This document shows positions 57,311-64,000 of a DNA stretch of 64,000 nt, in pieces. How positions within the stretch are numbered: position 1 is the first letter of the stretch; every line of letters begins with the position of its first letter. The stretch covers positions 5,664,001-5,728,000 of the forward strand of contig OY970194.1 in NCBI GenBank assembly GCA_963708075.1, given 5' to 3'. The notes under the pieces were generated by a model. The model saw nothing but the letters and a program-made list of their open reading frames with translations. It made no database searches and had not been told where the DNA came from. A program made the translations under genes and the position numbers. This DNA comes from Sedimentisphaerales bacterium (lineage in GTDB: Bacteria > Planctomycetota > Phycisphaerae > Sedimentisphaerales > Anaerobacaceae).

Positions 57311-57945
57311 GGCACCATCTCTCGCAACTGACTCGATTCGACGACGTCCACTCCCAGGCTCTGCAGGTCGTCGAGCACCTGTTCGTCCGGCCTGATGCCC
57401 ATGCCTTTCGTGGCGTCTCTTACCACCAATAGTTCGACGCCGGGCCATCGCGCCAGCTTTCTCAAAGTGTCTTCGACGCAGACATCGAGCGCGACCCCAA
57501 ACACAATGACCCGTCCCGGGTTGGCCGCCTCAAGGAGCCGGATCGTGTTTGGGCTGGAAAAGGCGCTGATTGCCTCCTTGCGGATCACAACGTGAAACTG
57601 ATCCGGCTGCACCAACTCCTCCAACTCGCCGGGATTTCTCGGCTCCAGACCGACGTAGTCGATGGGCAACGTGCCCAGATAGCCCACCCTTGCCGCTCCA
57701 GGCGTGCCGGCCATGCAGTGCGGCGGAAATGTCTTCTCGAAATCAGGAGTTTCGGAGATTTCCGGATTGGTCATGCTGTGCCAGTCCTGTGAGGCGATGA
57801 TGGAGCAGCCGTGGTCGAGCGCCATCGCGCGAACGTCGCTGACCGCGGGGATGATCTGGTCGGCCCCTTCCATGTAGAGCTTGCCGTCCGGCATCATGAA
57901 GTCATACTGCGTGTCGGCATCCCAGAATATTGTCCTCTTTTCCAT
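57301..57945 (-). CDS. pncA: Nicotinamidase/isochorismatase family
   Basis: DADTQYDF, DWH, FPPHCM, GVALDVCV; overlaps pncB start. Confidence 0.85.
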   Translation of the reverse strand: MEKRTIFWDADTQYDFMMPDGKLYMEGADQIIPAVSDVRAMALDHGCSIIASQDWHSMTNPEISETPDFEKTFPPHCMAGTPGAARVGYLGTLPIDYVGLEPRNPGELEELVQPDQFHVVIRKEAISAFSSPNTIRLLEAANPGRVIVFGVALDVCVEDTLRKLARWPGVELLVVRDATKGMGIRPDEQVLDDLQSLGVDVVESSQLREMVPCG

Positions 57946-57989
57946 GGTCTGTTACCCCTTAGAGATCGTGAGACCACTCACTCGCAATG

Positions 57990-58052
57990 GAGCGTAGAAG
58001 CGTGGAGGCATTAGTGCGTTGATGCGTTTTACAATCCCACGCTTCTACGCTC
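57990..58052. repeat. Perfect 16-bp inverted repeat (REP-like)
   Basis: GAGCGTAGAAGCGTGG...CCACGCTTCTACGCTC with 31-nt loop; partial third copy CTACGCTC at 58061. Confidence 0.75.
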
Positions 58053-58186
58053 AGAGATTCCTACGCTCGCCAGGAGGATGGGTTTTCATTTACCCGGCCC
58101 ATTTCACCTCCAGGCCAAAGATGCTACAATCCCACAGCAATGCGAAGTCTCGTTTCGTTACTCAGCGTGTGCAGGAAAGGTCAATC

Positions 58187-58327
58187 GTGAAGAGTTACAG
58201 GAAAGAGCTGTGGTTCGATATCCAGCAGAGACGGGAATTCGTCAATATCACGCCGCAGGTGCAGCAGTGCCTGCAGGAAAGCGGGATCAAGGAGGGCTTT
58301 GTGCTGTGCAATCACAAGCAGATTTAG
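58187..58327 (+). pseudogene. yjbQ: 5' fragment of a yjbQ-family gene, interrupted after codon 42
   Basis: RBS AGGAAAGG, GTG start; KSYRKELWF...FVNITPQV...[11 protein letters not shown], then diverges and stops where the family continues AMHITAS. Confidence 0.8.
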
Positions 58328-59978
58328 TTACTGCACTGACAAGCTCCTTCTGCTTCGGCAGGGGCCAGCCAGCACCGTGCTCGTAGTCTTCTGCCATAGC
58401 GGATTTCAGCTTTTCGCCCCACCGGATCAGACCAGATTCCTCAATCAGGTGGCCATGTATGCTGAACGTCCAGTTTCCTTCCCCATCCCACCGGATATAG
58501 ACGCCCATCCGCTCGCCGTCGGCCATCTTGCCGCTGAACACGGTCTCGACCAATGCCCGCCGCTCCTCATAGGTCATTTTGCTGAGGGGCTTGTGTGCGG
58601 CCAGCCGCTTCCCGGTGCTTATCCGGGCCATGAGGCGTTGGAACTCGGTGGCAACCTTCTTGGATGCCGCCTCGACCCGTTGCGGGCTCGGCAGGGTGCC
58701 GAGATAGTCTGTTAGGGTGATTTGCTCCTCGTGCAGCCGTTGTTCGCGGTCCTTCGTTTCTAACAGAAGCTTGTCAGCCATAGCCTCATCCAAGGTGCCC
58801 TTGAGAACGCGACGGCCAAGCGCCTCCTTGCCTTCCTCGATCTTCTTCAACTCAGCGTCGATGCGGTTAAGTTTCTGTCTGTAGGCTTTGACCTTTTCAA
58901 CATCGCCGGATGCCGCCGAGATCGCACGTTGGATGGCGAGCGGATTGCCGAAGGTCCCGAACAGATGGAGTATCACCAGTTCCTCAACCTCGTCTGCCGG
59001 AATCCACGTCTTGTTAGGCTGGTCGCATGCCTTTACACGTCTTGTATGGGCGTGCCGATAGTATCGCTGTTCATGCTTGCGGTGGTTGGTCTGGCCGAAC
59101 ATGGCATACCCACAGTGCTCGCAGAAGATCATCCGCGACAACAAATAGGTGTGCTTGCTATGGCCATGTGTATAAGTCTTGTTGGCTTGTGTCTTTTGCC
59201 TGATCGCCTGTATGGTTGCCTCTGGAAGCAGGCGGGGGATTTGCGTCACTACGACTTCAGGCGGCCTGTTTACCGGTCGGAAGGTCTGGACCCATCCATC
59301 GCCACACCGCTGAGTCAGCGTCTTCCACAAGCTGGCGTTGTTCACCCCCAGTTCATCCGCCAATGCCTGCATCGACTCGCCAGCAAGGTACCGCTTTGCT
59401 ATGCCCGCGATGATCGCCTGCTTGTCGTTGTCAATTCCCCATTGCTCCGTTTCCTTGTTCCACGTCCGCCCCCAAGGCCGCTTGCCGCACGCGGAGCATC
59501 CACGCTTCGCTCTCTTGATGCGAGAGGCAAGCGACCTCTGTTTTTGGCTGCGAGCCTGAAATGCCCCAAACACCGTGCCCATGTCGATAAACAGCCGGTG
59601 TTCAGGGCAGTTTAGATCGTATTCCGTGGCACCGATGAAGAACTTGATGCCATGCTCAACAAACAGGTCCAGACCTTGATGTGATTTGGCGTTGTCTCGG
59701 CTCCATCGGTCACCCTTGTCTACGATGACGGCATCGAACCGCCCTCTGCCTGCGTCAGCCAAGAGCCGGTCAATCTCCTTCTTTTCATAGCCTGCGGTCG
59801 CGTGCTCCTGCCCGCCATACCATTCGATGATCTGTCCGCCAAGCAATTCAACGGCTCCTTCGATCTGCTCCTTCTGGACATGTAGGCTCTCGCCCTTCTT
59901 GTCCTGCCCCTCGGTAGATACTCGCCGCAACGCACCGAATCTGCATGGTGCTGCTGCCTGCCCCTGCTGCTTGGCCAT
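58287..59978 (-). CDS. Large serine recombinase (integrase)
   Basis: RRVST catalytic Ser, [21 protein letters not shown] zinc ribbon, coiled coil; RBS GAAAGG. Confidence 0.92.
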   Translation of the reverse strand: MAKQQGQAAAPCRFGALRRVSTEGQDKKGESLHVQKEQIEGAVELLGGQIIEWYGGQEHATAGYEKKEIDRLLADAGRGRFDAVIVDKGDRWSRDNAKSHQGLDLFVEHGIKFFIGATEYDLNCPEHRLFIDMGTVFGAFQARSQKQRSLASRIKRAKRGCSACGKRPWGRTWNKETEQWGIDNDKQAIIAGIAKRYLAGESMQALADELGVNNASLWKTLTQRCGDGWVQTFRPVNRPPEVVVTQIPRLLPEATIQAIRQKTQANKTYTHGHSKHTYLLSRMIFCEHCGYAMFGQTNHRKHEQRYYRHAHTRRVKACDQPNKTWIPADEVEELVILHLFGTFGNPLAIQRAISAASGDVEKVKAYRQKLNRIDAELKKIEEGKEALGRRVLKGTLDEAMADKLLLETKDREQRLHEEQITLTDYLGTLPSPQRVEAASKKVATEFQRLMARISTGKRLAAHKPLSKMTYEERRALVETVFSGKMADGERMGVYIRWDGEGNWTFSIHGHLIEESGLIRWGEKLKSAMAEDYEHGAGWPLPKQKELVSAVTKSACDCTAQSPP

Positions 59979-60383
59979 ACGCCTGACCTTTCTGCTTGAC
60001 CGTTCAAGAGTAGGGGGCGGCATGATTGCCGGTCAAGCGGAGCAATCCGGCTCAGGGGATCAATCCCAAGCCGCTTGCCGCCCCAACCTAATTGCACTAT
60101 CTTGCTCACTGCTGTGGGACCCACACGCAGTTTTGTAGATATATTGGTTTCCTGTCGCCTGGGTGCAGAAGACAGTGACATTTCCCGCTTCTTAATGGCT
60201 CCTGAGTTGAAAGACCATGCATGACCATGTACTCAACTTTCCCCCTACTCTCTGGATGGCATTAAAGGCGGATTCTCGTATCCGTTCTCGCCAAAAGATT
60301 CCCTGAAAAACTCTGACAAAAATGTGCGGTGCCTTGCTGCTCCGCCCCGACCTTCCTGCAATCTGCGATTTCGGTTCTTGTTT

Positions 60384-61054
60384 TCACCCCTGCCCTCCAT
60401 CGCCTGCACTATCCTCGTCGTCGTACAGTCCAGCCAGCGCCCCTGCATGTCCTCGAAGGCGACATCGGCGTACATATTGGCTGTCGTCACTGGACTGGCA
60501 TGGCCCAACTGTTTCTGTACGAGCCGGAGGTTGCCGCACTTCCTGAGCAAATGCGTAGCCAGCGTGTGCCTCGCGCTGTGGATTGACAGGTCGTCCCGTA
60601 GGCCCGCAAGAGCAACAGCCCTCTTCCATGCCTGCTGTGCGCCTCGGTTTGTCAGCGGCCCCCTCTGGCCTACGAACAAAGGCCCATCTGCATCCGTCAG
60701 TCCCTTGTGGTTCGCCTTGTCCATACCCTTGAGCCTATCAGCACGCCATTGCAGATAGGCCCGCAAATGCTGCACGCACTGTTTGCCGTCGATAGCCACT
60801 GTCTCCACGTCCCTCGCCCTCTTCTTTAAGCGGACGACCCTCAAGGCCCCCATCCGCAAATCAACGTCCTGCACTTTCAGGGCGACGAGTTCGCTGACCC
60901 GTAGGCCCGTTGACATCGCCAAGTCCACGACCGCCCACGCCAACACGCCGTTGACGCGACCATATCGGAGGTCGGTTATGGCTCTGGCCTCTGTCATCGT
61001 TCGCAGCTTTCTGACTTCGTCCTTACCCATGTACTTGGCTCTATCAACACTCAT
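60384..61054 (-). CDS. Small tyrosine recombinase (catalytic domain only); probable 1-nt deletion near 60450
   Basis: TGLRVSEL, RLKK, HSARH, QLGHA, MYAD; adding one G to the GGGG run gives ...MQGALAGLYDDEDSAGDGGQG*; as written the ORF runs on to 60245. Confidence 0.85.
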
Positions 61055-61141
61055 CTGTGTTCTCCTGTGCGCTAAACTCAGTACCCTACATAGTATACAC
61101 GGTATATTATACGGCTATGTTTGTTCTGTAGCAATAGAAAG

Positions 61142-61169
61142 TCGGCACAATATAGTAATTATGTGCTGA
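61142..61169. other. dif-like 11-6-11 candidate recombination site
   Basis: TCGGCACAATA tagtaa TTATGTGCTGA; arms match at 8/11 as inverted repeats; about 90 bp upstream of the tyrosine recombinase. Confidence 0.4.
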
Positions 61170-61875
61170 GATTTTTATAACCCCCCGAAAACAAGGGACT
61201 CACGTAAGCAAAAGCTATGACCCTTATGTTTTACACGCGTAGAGCGGTGCTATCGCTGGCGTGACCACAGTCTAACCCTGTGGCAAGTCCGGCTCGAGCA
61301 CCACGCGTAGCTCTGGCAGTGCAGAGGCGTCATCGTCACGCACTGGCTTTCACATACCCATTATTATCGTGACGGTTTTAGGCCTATTTTGCGGCTCCGA
61401 CCATTTTTCGGACAACAAACAAGGGGGTCGTGACATATGCCTGATGTAAGTTCCAATGGGGGCTGAACTTATGGTTGGCTGCCACGCGAAATATTTTTAG
61501 GATGTGCTGCGCGGGGGGGGGTGGACGAGTGGAGAGGCTACCCGGCTTTATGACGGCCCTCTACGCTTTGCGTTCCAGCCCAAGCGTCCTTGCCGGGCCC
61601 GTCATGCTGAAATCTGCCGCCCCTGTCCCCCCACAGGTTCTCAAAAAAATTCAGACGCAAATTTCTGGCGACCCTCTACACCGCCCCTCTCGTTTTGAAT
61701 CTGCAATTCGACCCCTCCCGGTAGGGGTCCAGAGGCCCGGAGATGCTTCTGAGCTTGTGGATAACGTGAGGCGAGATTGTTCTCGGTGGCAGGAGGGTAG
61801 AGGTGCTGCGGACGGGTACGTGCTTAGCGGGGAAACTACCTGGTCAGGTGGGCCTCTGTTGTGGCTACGATCAGA

Positions 61876-62574
61876 TTAGAGCTTCTTTTGATCTTCCTGC
61901 TCGCGAATCGAATGCTCCAAGGTTTCCATATCATCTCGTTTATACTCCATCCGGTGCGTTACTTTGAAGTTATCGCCGTGCAACAGGTGTGTGATCGTAA
62001 CTTGCCCTGCTCTCCATTGCGAATGAACCATTAAGTGGCCAGCCTCGACCGCCCTACCCCACTTATCGGGGCGATCTTTGAAAAGATCCTCCTTCCACAC
62101 TTTTTCAGTTGTGGCGGGTTTACCGTACTTCTTGGACAACAGGGCATCTATCTGATCGAAGTCCTCGAAAAAAAGGTTACTACTTACATGCTCCTCTGCA
62201 AACTGGTACTGACCGCGAACAAAGCGTCCTCCGACCAGCTTGAAAACACAATGAGCCTTCAGGCTACCCACTGTGTCTGCAAAGGCGACTAAGGCCTCCC
62301 CGTCAAAAAGAGGCTTTTCTTTGATCTGCCGTCTGACTTCGTCCGCTGTTGCTCCCCAGGGGACGCCACGGAAAAGGACCTCGTTGGGGTCCTTCGTTCT
62401 TTTGTATTCCCATGAACCATCTTTATAGAGCATGACACGTTGGCCGGATAAGGTAATCGCTTCTTCTGCCAATTCTTTGCGTGGTTGTGAGCCCATACCT
62501 CCTGCCACACAAACCATCACGCATACAAGCATCGCCATATGCCTCATCGTCATTCTCCTCTCTTCCACGTTCAT
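61876..62574 (-). CDS. Exported hypothetical protein with FRGxPWG domain (alternative start 62553)
   Basis: Hydrophobic N-terminus; AITLSGQRVMLYKDGSWEY; FRGVPWG. Confidence 0.75.
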   Translation of the reverse strand: MNVEERRMTMRHMAMLVCVMVCVAGGMGSQPRKELAEEAITLSGQRVMLYKDGSWEYKRTKDPNEVLFRGVPWGATADEVRRQIKEKPLFDGEALVAFADTVGSLKAHCVFKLVGGRFVRGQYQFAEEHVSSNLFFEDFDQIDALLSKKYGKPATTEKVWKEDLFKDRPDKWGRAVEAGHLMVHSQWRAGQVTITHLLHGDNFKVTHRMEYKRDDMETLEHSIREQEDQKKL

Positions 62575-62639
62575 GTCTTTCTCCCTTCCAATCATAGCCG
62601 TCTCGTACCACTGCCGGTCCTTCCTATTGCCTCTTGCAC

Positions 62640-63332
62640 TCAGAAGTCCTTATCTGCTGCTTTCGCCCTTTCTGCATCAGCACTTTTCTTCTCGTTGTAC
62701 ATTGGTATGTAGCTCATCAATAGGAGGCCTACTTCACTGATCTCTTTGTATGTCAAAACCATCAAAACGTCTTCGGGACCACTAGCTAAACGCCTAGGTC
62801 CACCCCAGGCCCAATCCTCGATAAACGCATTTCGTTGAACCCCCGTGCCATAACGAGCAAACAAAGCATCCTTCAAATACCCATAATTCGATGATCCTTC
62901 TAATTCAACCCAGATGCCGCACAGACGACCCTGATAACAGACATAGGACAAGCTCATTAGTTGGGCATCGCCAATAGATAGCTTATCATTCATACGTGCA
63001 TAGAATTGGTTCCTGGCGTCTTCGGTGGTCAAGACCATATCCTTCATGTCTGCGATATTTGTTCCCCACGGCAACCCTCTAAATCCAGCCCATTTGTCCA
63101 GTTCGGGTTGAGGCGGGGTTGGCGGAGCCTGCTCCGGAGGTGTCGTGACTATGGTCGGCGTTTCTTCTTTCTGTGAGACGGTTGAGGAAACAGATACTTG
63201 GTTATCCTCTTGCTGTTCCTGTTTCTCGGCAGCCGGAGCAGACTCAGGGCGACTCGCGACTGGTGCTGTCGGTTTGTCACTACAGCCAACAAGCACTAAC
63301 GCCATCATCGTGGACAGTAGTGCCATTCTCAT
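62640..63332 (-). CDS. Lipoprotein with FRGxPWG domain
   Basis: LVLVGC lipobox, Pro/Gln linker, FRGLPWG; RBS GGGAGAAGG. Confidence 0.8.
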   Translation of the reverse strand: MRMALLSTMMALVLVGCSDKPTAPVASRPESAPAAEKQEQQEDNQVSVSSTVSQKEETPTIVTTPPEQAPPTPPQPELDKWAGFRGLPWGTNIADMKDMVLTTEDARNQFYARMNDKLSIGDAQLMSLSYVCYQGRLCGIWVELEGSSNYGYLKDALFARYGTGVQRNAFIEDWAWGGPRRLASGPEDVLMVLTYKEISEVGLLLMSYIPMYNEKKSADAERAKAADKDF

Positions 63333-63780
63333 GTCCTTCTCCCTTCTCATTAGCGGTCATGCCGAAATCTTTGGGTACGGGCCTCTTCACGGTTTCTCCT
63401 GCCTCCTAACGTCCAGCCTGCCAACACACAGTATCAGTATAGCAAATGACGTCTCCGGACACAAGCCCATCCAGCAGTATGTCGCTCATTGGGTTTTGTC
63501 TGCTCTTTGTCGCGCGCGACAAGGCCGCTGTCCCACGCGACAATCGATCTTCTGCCGGGGACCCTACTGCCACAGGGGTCCACCCGCGTCTCGGCGGGTT
63601 TCGGGGCATCTCATCCAATTGTCCGATGTCTGACAAACTCAATAGCGATGTTGCGGGAAGAAAATGTTCTGTTCTCGCGAGTTCCTGCTCGGACCTCCCG
63701 GCGGCACACCGTTAGAGTCGCTGTCAGTAGCCGATTGCAGTTCGGCACGTACGATGAAACCTCTTTCAAGGAGTAAAGCA

Positions 63781-64000
63781 ATGGCAGCGAAGAAGAACAC
63801 GACGGCGGGCACCGGGAAGCAGAAGGCAGCCGCGAAGCTGGATGCGTTTGGCAGCCGGGTGGGCAGTAAGGCGGCGAAGGTAAATGCGATGCTGGGCAAG
63901 GAGCCTGTCACGATGAAGCAAATCAGGGAGAAGGTGGGTCATAACTATTACAATCACCTCGGCGACCTCATCAAGGCGGGGAAGGTCAAGAAGACCGACG
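63781..64000 (+). CDS. Small basic protein, possible winged-helix DNA binder (truncated by window end)
   Basis: RBS AAGGAG; MAAKKNTTAGTGKQKAAAKLDAFGSRVGSKAAKVNAML...TMKQIREKVG...HLGDLIKAGKV. Confidence 0.7.
   Translation, partial: MAAKKNTTAGTGKQKAAAKLDAFGSRVGSKAAKVNAMLGKEPVTMKQIREKVGHNYYNHLGDLIKAGKVKKTD

Larger units (their letters stand above)
58313..64000. mobile_element. Integrated element (prophage/ICE-like), left end; continues beyond window
   Basis: Interrupted yjbQ, large serine recombinase at the junction, tyrosine recombinase, visibly more AT-rich cargo. Confidence 0.8.

Overview
GC-rich bacterial DNA, probably a planctomycete of the Phycisphaerae/Sedimentisphaerales type (inferred from gene families, not proven). 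1-18 kb: secreted beta-helix/GLUG/LRR surface-protein paralogues, a membrane-anchored ECF sigma factor and a secreted dikinase-like protein. 18-47 kb: a BlaI/BlaR1 pair, five ECF sigma/anti-sigma pairs and accessory enzymes (GH43, GH28, transglutaminase, subclass B1 metallo-beta-lactamase, B12 radical SAM with an upstream small peptide gene). 49-58 kb: housekeeping genes (asd, truA, hydF-like, asnA, pncB, pncA). From about 58.3 kb: an integrated element with a large serine recombinase and a small tyrosine recombinase, inserted into yjbQ. Main observations: (1) all five anti-sigma genes contain an in-frame GGAG-N7-(A/G)TG just before their transmembrane helix, and BlaR1 has a similar site, suggesting a second, secreted isoform made by internal initiation; (2) a GDPAPW peptide plus B12 radical SAM cassette that may be a RiPP system; (3) the serine recombinase stop codon lies across the attachment junction in host DNA; (4) a circularly permuted lamin-tail domain inserted in the secreted dikinase-like protein; (5) three separate repeated bipartite ECF-type promoter motifs. 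About seven frameshifts are probably assembly errors. No rRNA, tRNA or CRISPR array seen. All family assignments come from motif recognition by eye, not database searches.
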